From contig PHBJ01000003.1 of assembly GCA_002840555.1 (NCBI GenBank), forward strand, positions 64,412-128,411: a stretch of 64,000 nucleotides of DNA, in the 5' to 3' direction. A program made the position numbers and the translations under genes. Under the pieces are notes generated by a model that was given only the letters and a program-made list of their open reading frames with translations, had not been told where the DNA came from and ran no database searches. This DNA comes from Deltaproteobacteria bacterium HGW-Deltaproteobacteria-13 (GTDB taxonomy: Bacteria; Desulfobacterota; Syntrophia; Syntrophales; Smithellaceae). Shown piece by piece: positions 19,493 through 28,145 of this stretch; the stretch's first letter is position 1; every line of letters starts with the position of its first letter.

Positions 19493-21376
19493 ATGAATCC
19501 ATTCGACGTTTTCAAATCGTGGCAGCAGCTGTTTGATAAAGCGACTCAGACAACTTCCAGAGAAAGACGGCAGTCTTTCGACGTTTTTAAACCGTGGCAA
19601 CAGCTGGTTACTAAAACCACGGAGACTATTTGCGGGAAAAGCGCCAAATATATTGGCGCCATTGAACCGTTTGAGGCCATGACCTCCTGGTTGGATTTGA
19701 GCGCGAGATTATCGCATTCCACGTGGGAACGCTTTGTACAGGATGCGTGGGAGTATTCCAGGGACTACTCGCAGCGCTGGATATTATTCATGGATACCAT
19801 GCGGCAGCGCGGCAACAATATGCTCGATCATTTCGAAAACGGCATGCCGCCGCTATTGGATTATGAATATGAAGTTGTCCTTGATGCAAGCACCTTCGTC
19901 AGGCCGGTCAACTACTCGCTGCTTTTTATTAAACACCCCGAAGGGAAACAGCCGCTTCCGGGAAAACGTCCTTTGCTGGTCATCGATCCGCGGGCGGGAC
20001 ATGCAGCGGGAATTGGCGGCTTTAAACACGATTCCGAGATCGGCATGGGTCTTTTGGAGGGTCATCCCGTTTACACGGTCTCTTTTACCCCGGAGCCCTG
20101 TCCCGGGCAGACATTGGAAGATGTCGAGGAAGCGGAGATTCATTTTCTGGAAGAGATTCGCAAACGCCACCCTGATCGGGATTTGCCGCTGGTGTACGGA
20201 AATTGCCAGGCGGGATGGGCCATTGCAATGCTCGGGGCGGACAGGCCCGATGTCACAGGCCCGATTGTGATCAATGGCGCGCCAATGTCTTATTGGGCGG
20301 GCGGCGAAGGGATTAACCCCATGCGCCTCAGTGGAGGATTATTGGGCGGCTCCTGGATGACCCGTTTTCTGTGCGACATGGGCGTCGGCCTTTTTGACGG
20401 AGCCTACCTGGTTGAAAACTTCGAAAGGCTTAACCCCGCCAACACGCTGTGGAAAAAAGACTATGCCTTGTTTGCAAAAATCGACACGGAGCAGGAGCGT
20501 TATCTCGATTTCGAGCGCTGGTGGACCGGGTTTTACCTGCTCGATGAAAAGGAAATTATCTGGATCGTGAGAAATCTGTTTATCGGAAACAAGCTCGAGC
20601 AGGGTGTACTGGAAATCGGCGCCAATCACCTTATCGACATGACAAAAATAAACGATCCTTTGGTGATATTTGCTTCAAGCGGAGATAATATTACTCCCCC
20701 TCAACAAGCCTTGCACTGGATTTCCGAAATATATCCCACGACGGAAGATCTCATCAAAGCCGGCCAACGCATCATTTATCTGCTCAACAGCCATATCGGC
20801 CACCTGGGAATATTTGTCTCGGCGGCGGTGGCCAGGCGAGAACACCACGCGATTATCGAACATATCGAGGTGATGCAGAAACTCGAGCCCGGTCTCTATC
20901 AAATGGTCATCGATGCCGATACCGGTGAAACTGATCCTGCAAAAGAACAGTCTCGCGTGCATTTTGAACGCCGCGATATCAAAGACATCACCTTTTCCGT
21001 TCCCGAGGCCGAGTTTGATAAAATGTGCCAGGTGTCTGAAGCCAATGAAAAACTTTACCTGGCTTTCGGCCGGCCGATCGTGAAGGCGCTCATGTGGCAC
21101 CCCCAGCAGGCAGCCATTTTGCGCTGGTTCCACCCGGCGCGCGTCAGCCGCTATATCTGGTCCGATCGATTGAACCCCGGGATGAAAGGCTTTGAGGAAA
21201 TGGCAAAGTGGGTTAAGGATAACCGAAGTAAAACCGAGGAACACAACACCTTTCGTTATATGGAACGGCGGACATCCGACTTGATCGCCACGGCGCTTGA
21301 TGCCTTCCGCGATGAGCGGGACACTTTACTGGAAGTGCTCTTTGAGATAACGTACAAGGAACCGCCTAAATTTTAA
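19493..21376 (+). CDS. DUF3141-like alpha/beta-hydrolase-fold protein (PHA-synthase-like annotation class)
   Basis: LLVIDPRAGHAAGIGGFK ... GNCQAGWAIAML nucleophile-elbow-like segment. N-terminal 25-aa internal repeat FDVFK(S/P)WQQL. Confidence 0.55.
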   Translation: MNPFDVFKSWQQLFDKATQTTSRERRQSFDVFKPWQQLVTKTTETICGKSAKYIGAIEPFEAMTSWLDLSARLSHSTWERFVQDAWEYSRDYSQRWILFMDTMRQRGNNMLDHFENGMPPLLDYEYEVVLDASTFVRPVNYSLLFIKHPEGKQPLPGKRPLLVIDPRAGHAAGIGGFKHDSEIGMGLLEGHPVYTVSFTPEPCPGQTLEDVEEAEIHFLEEIRKRHPDRDLPLVYGNCQAGWAIAMLGADRPDVTGPIVINGAPMSYWAGGEGINPMRLSGGLLGGSWMTRFLCDMGVGLFDGAYLVENFERLNPANTLWKKDYALFAKIDTEQERYLDFERWWTGFYLLDEKEIIWIVRNLFIGNKLEQGVLEIGANHLIDMTKINDPLVIFASSGDNITPPQQALHWISEIYPTTEDLIKAGQRIIYLLNSHIGHLGIFVSAAVARREHHAIIEHIEVMQKLEPGLYQMVIDADTGETDPAKEQSRVHFERRDIKDITFSVPEAEFDKMCQVSEANEKLYLAFGRPIVKALMWHPQQAAILRWFHPARVSRYIWSDRLNPGMKGFEEMAKWVKDNRSKTEEHNTFRYMERRTSDLIATALDAFRDERDTLLEVLFEITYKEPPKF

Positions 21377-21389
21377 CCAGGAGCATCCG

Positions 21390-23351
21390 ATGGACGATAT
21401 CATTCAAGACCGTCATCCGATCATTGCTGATCTGGCCAGACGCATGAAGCGCGGCAAGGTCGTTGATGTGGATGAAGCCGTGCGCATCATTCGCAGCGGC
21501 GACACGGTGGCGTTCAGCGGTTTTATCGGCAGCGGATTTGCCGAGGGTGTCGCCAAAGCTCTCGAGAAGCGCTTTGTCTCGCAAGGCGAACCTGGGGAGC
21601 TGACTCTCATCTATTCCGCGGGCATGGGAGACGGGAAAGATAAGGGGTTGAACCATCTCGCGCACGAGGGATTGATCAGGCGTGTGATCGGCGGCCATTG
21701 GGGGCTCGTGCCCAAACTTCAGAAACTCGCCATTGAAAATAAAATTGACGCCTATAACCTGCCGCAGGGCGTGATTTCTCATATGTATCGCGACATCGCC
21801 GCCCACAATCCAAGGACTTTATCTAAAGTCGGTCTGGGCACTTTTGTCGATCCCCGCCGGGGAGGCGGCAAGATTAACCAGCGCACCCGGGAGGATATCG
21901 TCGAACTTATCGAATTTGACGGGAAGGAATGCCTCGCTTTTAAACCGCAGCCGATTCAGGTTGCCATCCTGCGGGGAACGACCGCTGATTTGGACGGTAA
22001 TGCAACCATGGAGCGTGAGGCGCTCACGCTGGAAGTGCTGTCGCTGGCTATGGCCGCAAGAAATTCGGGCGGCGTGGTGATTGTACAGGTCGAACGAATT
22101 GCGGAGCGGGGATCGCTGCGCGCCCGGGATGTAAAAATACCGGGAATTTTAGTCGATTGCGTGGTCGTCGCCGACCCGGATGACCACTGGATGACCTTTG
22201 CCGAACGTTATAACCCCTCCTATTCATCCGAAATCAAAATGCCGGTGGCGTCCCTTGAGCCTCTGCCGCTGGACGTGCGAAAAATCATTGCGCGCCGCGC
22301 CGCTATGGAGCTGAAGATTAACTCCGTCATTAATCTCGGCATCGGCATGCCCGAAAGCATTGCGCGTGTTGCGGCGGAGGAGGGCCTGCTTGAATACATA
22401 ACCCTGACAGCGGAACCGGGTGTTATAGGCGGCATCCCGGCCGGTGGATTGAGCTTTGGCGCGGCGGCCAACGTCGAGGCGATTGTCGACCAGCCCTATC
22501 AGTTTGATTTTTATGACGGCGGCGGACTGGACCTGGCTTTTCTGGGTCTGGCTCAGGCTGACCGGGCGGGCAATCTCAACGTCAGCCGTTTCGGTTCCCG
22601 CCTGGCGGGCGCCGGCGGTTTTATCAATATCAGCCAGAATGCTAAAAAAGTTGTTTTTACCGGAACCTTTACGGCCGGAGAATTGCAGATCGAGATCGAG
22701 GACGAAAAATTAAAGCTTATCCGCGAGGGAGAATTTATCAAGTTTGTCCAGGCCGTCGATCAGATCACATTCAGCGGCGCGGTCGGCGCAGAAAGCGGAC
22801 GCCCCGTTATCTACGTTACAGAGCGATGTGTTTTTGAACTGAATCCTGAAGGACTGGTATTAATCGAAATAGCTCCCGGAATTGATCTTCAAAAAGATAT
22901 CCTGGCAAAGATGGAATTTATGCCTGTTATAGCAAAGACGTTGATTCAAATGGACGCACGCATTTTCAGGCATGAGCCTATGGGACTCATAAAAGACCTT
23001 TTAACGCTCCCCATGGATGAGCGTTTTACCTATCAGCCCAAAGAAAACTTGCTCTTTATCAATTTCGAGGGACTGAGCATCCGCTCGCGCAAGGATATCG
23101 AAGATATTCGCGATCACGTGAAGCGCATCTGTGAACCGCTCGGGAAAAGAGTTCAGACGATCGTCAACTACGACATTTTTTCTATCGTTCCCGAACTCAT
23201 AGAACCTTACACGGCCATGGTAAACGAGGTGGTCGATCGTTATTACTACAAGGTGACTCGCTACACCACCAACGCGTTTATGCGCGTCAAACTGGGCGAT
23301 GTACTCGCGCCGCGCGCTGCCGCAAAACAAGCTTTGGATGGCCAGGTTTAA
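21390..23351 (+). CDS. Family I acyl-CoA:acetate/3-ketoacid CoA-transferase (YdiF/Pct-like) with C-terminal extension
   Basis: Fused alpha/beta CoA-transferase halves (FSGFIGSGFAEG ... LTAEPGVIGG ... GGFINISQNAKKVVFTGTF). An extra ~120 aa follows the core. Confidence 0.8.
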   Translation: MDDIIQDRHPIIADLARRMKRGKVVDVDEAVRIIRSGDTVAFSGFIGSGFAEGVAKALEKRFVSQGEPGELTLIYSAGMGDGKDKGLNHLAHEGLIRRVIGGHWGLVPKLQKLAIENKIDAYNLPQGVISHMYRDIAAHNPRTLSKVGLGTFVDPRRGGGKINQRTREDIVELIEFDGKECLAFKPQPIQVAILRGTTADLDGNATMEREALTLEVLSLAMAARNSGGVVIVQVERIAERGSLRARDVKIPGILVDCVVVADPDDHWMTFAERYNPSYSSEIKMPVASLEPLPLDVRKIIARRAAMELKINSVINLGIGMPESIARVAAEEGLLEYITLTAEPGVIGGIPAGGLSFGAAANVEAIVDQPYQFDFYDGGGLDLAFLGLAQADRAGNLNVSRFGSRLAGAGGFINISQNAKKVVFTGTFTAGELQIEIEDEKLKLIREGEFIKFVQAVDQITFSGAVGAESGRPVIYVTERCVFELNPEGLVLIEIAPGIDLQKDILAKMEFMPVIAKTLIQMDARIFRHEPMGLIKDLLTLPMDERFTYQPKENLLFINFEGLSIRSRKDIEDIRDHVKRICEPLGKRVQTIVNYDIFSIVPELIEPYTAMVNEVVDRYYYKVTRYTTNAFMRVKLGDVLAPRAAAKQALDGQV

Positions 23352-23413
23352 GCACCGGCCAATCCGTCAAGCACAGAAAAGAAAAATAATCCCCGTTAAT
23401 TTTTCCGGGACAA

Positions 23414-23439
23414 GGGGGGGGGTATTCCCCCCCTCTTTT
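23414..23439 (+). terminator. Rho-independent terminator candidate
   Basis: G9-TATT-C7 hairpin followed by TCTTTT, directly after the CoA-transferase stop. Confidence 0.55.
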
Positions 23440-23452
23440 AACAATTGCCTGG

Positions 23453-25006
23453 TCAGGCTTTTTCCTTGGCGGCATTTGTCCCGGCGATTCGTCCGAATAC
23501 GACGCAATCGGGAATAGCATTACCGCCCAGCCGGTTTGCCCCATGGATACCTCCGGTCACCTCGCCCGCGGCATAGAGACGCGGTATGGGTTTGCCCCAG
23601 ATATCGATCGCCTGGGCCATCGCGTTGATCCTTAATCCTCCCATGGTGTGGTGAACGGCGGGCCACTGTGCAATGGCATAGAAAGGCCCCTCATCCATAA
23701 TCAGCATCACATCAGTAATGGGTTTGTTGAACTCGGGATCTTTCTTGTCCTTGAGGTACTGGTTGTGCTTATTGATGGTATCCACCAGAACGTCGGGAGG
23801 AAGACCGATTTTCTGGGCCAACTCAGCGAGGCTGTCCGCCTTTACAAAACGTCCTCTGGCAATCCCCTTCTCCACTTCTTCCTTGGTGCCCATTTTGGGA
23901 ATCATCTTCTCATGGAAAATGGAGTAGGTGGGCTTCATACCCGTGGCAATCTCCGCGCGGGAAACAACATCGCGACGCTCCAATTCACTGACAAAGCGTT
24001 TGCCCTTCTTGTTTACATAGACAATCCCGTAGCCCGGCCCTCTGAAAGGATAAACGGCCGGTGAGTCCAGGATGCCCTTTTCCGGCTCAGCATAGGGATA
24101 CAACTGGATGAAACACAACTGCATGGCATCGCACCCGATAGCCTGGGAATAGCGGATTATCTCACCGGTTGCGCCCATGTGATTGGTGCAGTTGAACTCG
24201 GGAACAATGCTCGGATTCTCATCCTGTCGCATCTTGATGTCGCGACTGAATCCTCCGGAGGCGAGGATCAGAGCTCTTTTTATTTTTATGTTCTTCTTCT
24301 TGCCGTTCTCCTTCACCTCAAGACCGACAACCGGTCCGTCCGTGTCCTGACGCCAGATCCATGTGACCTCGGTACGAAGGCGCATGGTTGCCCCGCGTCC
24401 CTCGGCGATTTTCCTCAGCGCCTCGGTGTAGCAGCGTCCCACGCCTTCAACGCAGGTGTGCGTCCGGTACGCAGTATGGCCGCCCGTGCGGTTCAGTATG
24501 TCGCGCAGTTTGAGCCCTCCGTCGTCGAGCATCCAGTTCAGCGCCGGTGTGGCGCCTTCCGCAAGGATTCTCGCCAACTCGGGATTGCCGTAGAAGTCTC
24601 CTCCCTTGATCGTGTCCTTGGTGTGAAGGTCCACGCTGTCATCGCCCAGATTGTGCTTCTCACGGAGATGAAGCTCGTCATCCCATGAATTGTATTCGCC
24701 TCCATTGATGACCGAGTTGCCGCCGTAGACGGGCATCTTCTCAAAAATGACGACCTTTGCACCGCCTTTTGCCGCTTCAGCCGCGGCCGCCAGACCTGCA
24801 AAGCCGGAACCGATGATGACCGTATCCAGCGTTTCATCCCATTTTGCCGGCATCTTTTTCTGGGCGGCATGAGCGGATCCCGGCGCAGACAGATTGAGGG
24901 CGAATCCGCCGGTCGCGGCCACGGCGCCCAGAGCAACGGCTCCCTTCAAAAGAGAACGGCGGCTGACAGTTTTTTTATTTTCACCTTTAACGTTTTCATC
25001 CGTCAT
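23453..25006 (-). CDS. Tat-exported FAD flavoprotein of the flavocytochrome c / fumarate-reductase-like family (no haem domain)
   Basis: Twin-arginine signal SRRSLLKGAVALGA, GSGFAGLAAA dinucleotide motif, HHTMGG and AAGEVTGGIHGANRLGGNA C-terminal motifs. Confidence 0.85.
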   Translation of the reverse strand: MTDENVKGENKKTVSRRSLLKGAVALGAVAATGGFALNLSAPGSAHAAQKKMPAKWDETLDTVIIGSGFAGLAAAAEAAKGGAKVVIFEKMPVYGGNSVINGGEYNSWDDELHLREKHNLGDDSVDLHTKDTIKGGDFYGNPELARILAEGATPALNWMLDDGGLKLRDILNRTGGHTAYRTHTCVEGVGRCYTEALRKIAEGRGATMRLRTEVTWIWRQDTDGPVVGLEVKENGKKKNIKIKRALILASGGFSRDIKMRQDENPSIVPEFNCTNHMGATGEIIRYSQAIGCDAMQLCFIQLYPYAEPEKGILDSPAVYPFRGPGYGIVYVNKKGKRFVSELERRDVVSRAEIATGMKPTYSIFHEKMIPKMGTKEEVEKGIARGRFVKADSLAELAQKIGLPPDVLVDTINKHNQYLKDKKDPEFNKPITDVMLIMDEGPFYAIAQWPAVHHTMGGLRINAMAQAIDIWGKPIPRLYAAGEVTGGIHGANRLGGNAIPDCVVFGRIAGTNAAKEKA

Positions 25007-25550
25007 AACCTTACCTCCTAAAGCGTATTGGAAATGTTTAAGATACCGGGGATTTTCTCCCCCACCTCAATGATTACGACACTTGATATGTTTAGTTATG
25101 AAGTGTTTTGACAACCGCATCGACAGGACCGCCGCCGGAACTAAAACAAACCCGCGCTGGAAGATTTCCGTAAAAGAGTGAGAGGTATAATTTGAATAGT
25201 ATTATCAGGAGCAAGAAACGAGATAATGAAGAAGAGACACGTTACAAAAACTTGCAATTTCCCGCGAAATTGCATCAATCGTTTGATAATTTTAAGTCTG
25301 CACCCTGCTTTTGTCAAGAGCTTTTTTCGTTATAAATATCTGACAATATTGCTTTCATGTCATGTTTATTGATTCTCGAAATAATATTACTCAATTTTTT
25401 CAAGGTGATGTTGAGGCATAAAAAACGAGAAAGCACCCGTTTGAATAAAGATTGTTTTGTTTGCCTGTACCGGAAGCTTATTTAGCAACAATTTATGTAA
25501 CGCAACGCCCGGCATGTCATATACATTCCCTCACATGATGAAAAATTCCT

Positions 25551-25585
25551 TTGACACAAAAGACGTGCCAGGTGTATATTATAAT
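25551..25585 (+). promoter_or_regulatory. Candidate sigma70 promoter for the 25880 flavoprotein operon
   Basis: TTGACA (25551-25556), then TATATT at 18-nt spacing. An overlapping perfect TATAAT at 25580-25585 has too long a spacing. Implies a leader of about 290 nt. Confidence 0.3.
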
Positions 25586-25609
25586 CAATCAGTGCAATCT
25601 TGAATTGGA

Positions 25610-25879
25610 CTTGAATTTGAGTGCCTGCATTTCAAGTAATAATCTATTGAAGTTCATCTTCCCCCTCAGGCACGGTCAACTCTTAACGGTTTTATTGTAT
25701 AAGAAATTACCAACTCCGGACACACAGGAGGAATCGTTGTGATCTTGAATTTGATTGCCTGTATCTCAAGTAATCATCCATCGAATAGTTAACATTCACG
25801 TCAGGCAGCGTCCATTCTCATACTCTTAACGGTTTTTTGCGTAAAGAATCGCCAACATTCAATATTTAGGAGGAATCAT
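25610..25879 (+). repeat. Imperfect tandem duplication (~134-142 nt unit) of the leader, each copy ending in AGGAGGAATC
   Basis: Conserved blocks in both copies: CTTGAATTTGA-TGCCTG-AT-TCAAGTAAT, TCAGGCA, CTCTTAACGGTTTT, AGGAGGAATC. Copy 2 ends at the real ATG (25880). Confidence 0.6.
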
Positions 25880-27436
25880 ATGAAGAAAGACGATCAGACG
25901 GACAAAAGATTATCGCGACGGAATTTTTTAAAGACAGCCGGTTCGGCTGCGGCAGTCGCCGGGCTGGCGGCCGGCGGCATCGGTATATCCTCCACGAATG
26001 CGCAAGCCGTTGGCGATGCTTTGCCGAAAAAATGGGATGAAACGTATGATGTTGTCATTGTCGGCAGCGGTTTTGCGGGACTTGCCGCCGCCATCGAGGC
26101 GAAAAATGCCGGGGCAAAAGATGTTGTGGTGCTTGACAAAATGCCGGTGCATGGCGGGAATTCCATCATTAACGGCGGTGATTTCTGCGCTCCGGGAACA
26201 AAGCTGCAGAAGGAAAATGGGGTAGAAGATTCTCCGGAGCTGATGTTGAAAGATATGCTCAAGGCGGGGTCTTACCTCAACCATCCTGAATTAGCCAGGA
26301 TGGTTGCCTATCATGCGAAAGAGGCCATCGAATGGACCGAGTCCTATCTCGGCGCCAGGTACACAAAACTCAACTATCAAGGCGGCCACTCTGTCAAAAG
26401 GGCCAATGGGACGATAAACTCTTCCGGGTCTGAAGTAGTCAATAAGCAACTGGCAAAAGCCAGGGAGCTTGGGGTCGTCATTCAACTCCGCACAAAACTG
26501 GTTAAATTTCTGTCCAATAACAATGGACGCATTGTCGGCATAGAAGTTCGCAAGAATTATAAATTCCCCGATGAAAGCACAGGCAAGACAGCCTTTATCA
26601 AAGCAAAGAGAGCTGTTGTGCTTAGTTCGGGCGGTTTTTCACGGGACCTCAAGTTGCGCCAGATTGAGGATCCCCGTCTCGACGAGAGATTCGAATCCAC
26701 CAACCACCCCGGCGCGACAGGCGAGGCGCTGCTTGCCGCGTGTACGGCAAACGCCATGGATGTCCAGATGGACTGGATTCAGCTTGGCCCCTGGACCAGC
26801 CCGGATGAGAAAGGCTTCGGCGATGTTCCCTTATTCTGCGAACCGCTGGTGGGCTATGGTCTCATGGTCAACCCTCAAACAGGTAAAAGATTTTTCAAGG
26901 AAACGGGAAATCGCAAGGAACGTGCCGATGCCATTATTCTGGTTGGTCATCCGGTCATTATTATGGGCGATTCGTATGCCGTCAATAAACAGGTCGTTCC
27001 CGGCAGACTCAAGGGAGCTATGGACAACGGCGCCATCAAGAAGTTTGACACTTTGGAGGATATCGCCGGAAATTACAATATCCCCCTGGACGTATTTCTC
27101 AAAGAGGTCTCTCGCTGGAACTCCTTTGTCGAAAAGAAACAGGACGACGACTTTGGCTGTATGATTTTCAAGGACGCCCGGCCGACCGTTGTCCCTCCTT
27201 TTTACGTAGCACGGCTGTGGCCCAAGGTTCATCACACCATGGGCGGACTGGTCATCGACAAAAACGCCCAGGTCATGGGTTTTGATTTAAAACCGGTTAA
27301 AGGTCTGTTCGCGGCGGGCGAAATAACCGGCGGAGTGCACGGCGCCGTGCGCCTCGGAGGCGTGGCTATGGCGGACTGTATCGTCTTCGGCCGAATTGCC
27401 GGCACAAACGCGGCAAAGGAAAAACCATGGGGTTAA
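25880..27436 (+). CDS. Tat-exported FAD flavoprotein, paralogue of 23453-25006
   Basis: SRRNFLKTAGSAAAVAG Tat signal, GSGFAGLAAA, HHTMGG, AAGEITGGVHGAVRLGG. Strong AGGAGG RBS. Confidence 0.85.
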   Translation: MKKDDQTDKRLSRRNFLKTAGSAAAVAGLAAGGIGISSTNAQAVGDALPKKWDETYDVVIVGSGFAGLAAAIEAKNAGAKDVVVLDKMPVHGGNSIINGGDFCAPGTKLQKENGVEDSPELMLKDMLKAGSYLNHPELARMVAYHAKEAIEWTESYLGARYTKLNYQGGHSVKRANGTINSSGSEVVNKQLAKARELGVVIQLRTKLVKFLSNNNGRIVGIEVRKNYKFPDESTGKTAFIKAKRAVVLSSGGFSRDLKLRQIEDPRLDERFESTNHPGATGEALLAACTANAMDVQMDWIQLGPWTSPDEKGFGDVPLFCEPLVGYGLMVNPQTGKRFFKETGNRKERADAIILVGHPVIIMGDSYAVNKQVVPGRLKGAMDNGAIKKFDTLEDIAGNYNIPLDVFLKEVSRWNSFVEKKQDDDFGCMIFKDARPTVVPPFYVARLWPKVHHTMGGLVIDKNAQVMGFDLKPVKGLFAAGEITGGVHGAVRLGGVAMADCIVFGRIAGTNAAKEKPWG

Positions 27437-27566
27437 GGTAAAGCCGATGCGTCCATGGACGATGGCTGTCCGGCTTCAAGTCCATGGACGCTCATGCGAT
27501 CAGCCGTATTTCCAATAACCGACGTCCGGTATCGTCCGGCATTACAAAAAAATCGGGGGATAGAAA

Positions 27567-28115
27567 ATGAAAAATAAAAATACACTTACATTAATACTTT
27601 TTGTTTCACTTATTTTATTCCTGCTTGCGGCCTTTGGCAGCGGCCTGTACGCACAGCCTAAAACGAAAAGCGGCGTCGATAAAAGCAAAACCGTGGAAGC
27701 GAAAGCGGGTGATTGCGCGGCCTGCCATAAAGACACAAAGAAACTTCCCGATAGTCACGTTGCGACAAAAGATATGCCTTATGACGGCTGCGTGGTCTGT
27801 CATATACCCGGAGAAGGCAACGCCGGTACGCTGCGCGGCAAATTGCCGGGCAGCCACATACACGCTCTCAAAGATGTCAAGTGCGCCCAATGCCATGGTA
27901 AAGTTAAGAAGCCGGAGCCGGTGCAAATGAGCCAGTGTGTTACCTGCCACGCACCGGATAATGTGGCGAAGAAAACAGCCAATGTCAAACCGAATAATCC
28001 TCATGATTCTCCACATTACGGCAAATCAGCCGATTGTAATCTCTGCCATCACCAGCATGCCAAGTCGGAGGATTATTGCGCTCAATGCCACAGCTATAAA
28101 TTTATTGTTCCTTAA
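27567..28115 (+). CDS. Periplasmic hexahaem c-type cytochrome
   Basis: Signal peptide and six CxxCH motifs (CAACH, CVVCH, CAQCH, CVTCH, CNLCH, CAQCH). The NPHDSPH...CNLCHHQH segment resembles small tetrahaem / flavocytochrome haem domains. Confidence 0.85.
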   Translation: MKNKNTLTLILFVSLILFLLAAFGSGLYAQPKTKSGVDKSKTVEAKAGDCAACHKDTKKLPDSHVATKDMPYDGCVVCHIPGEGNAGTLRGKLPGSHIHALKDVKCAQCHGKVKKPEPVQMSQCVTCHAPDNVAKKTANVKPNNPHDSPHYGKSADCNLCHHQHAKSEDYCAQCHSYKFIVP

Positions 28116-28145
28116 TCAGAGTCCGCCTAAGCCGGAAAAGGAAAA

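Noticed and set aside
20675-21244. 189-aa minus-strand ORF
   Set aside because: It is antisense to the DUF3141-like gene and has no independent support.
25551-25742. 63-aa ORF in the flavoprotein leader
   Set aside because: It starts inside the putative promoter and runs through copy 1 of the duplicated leader. Its similarity to the downstream uORF reflects the DNA duplication, so it is treated as non-coding.
25007-25879. Sigma-54 (-24 GG / -12 GC) promoter upstream of either flavoprotein gene
   Set aside because: Both strands were scanned by eye for TGGCAC-N5-TTGC-like elements and no acceptable match was found. Only a sigma70-like candidate is reported.
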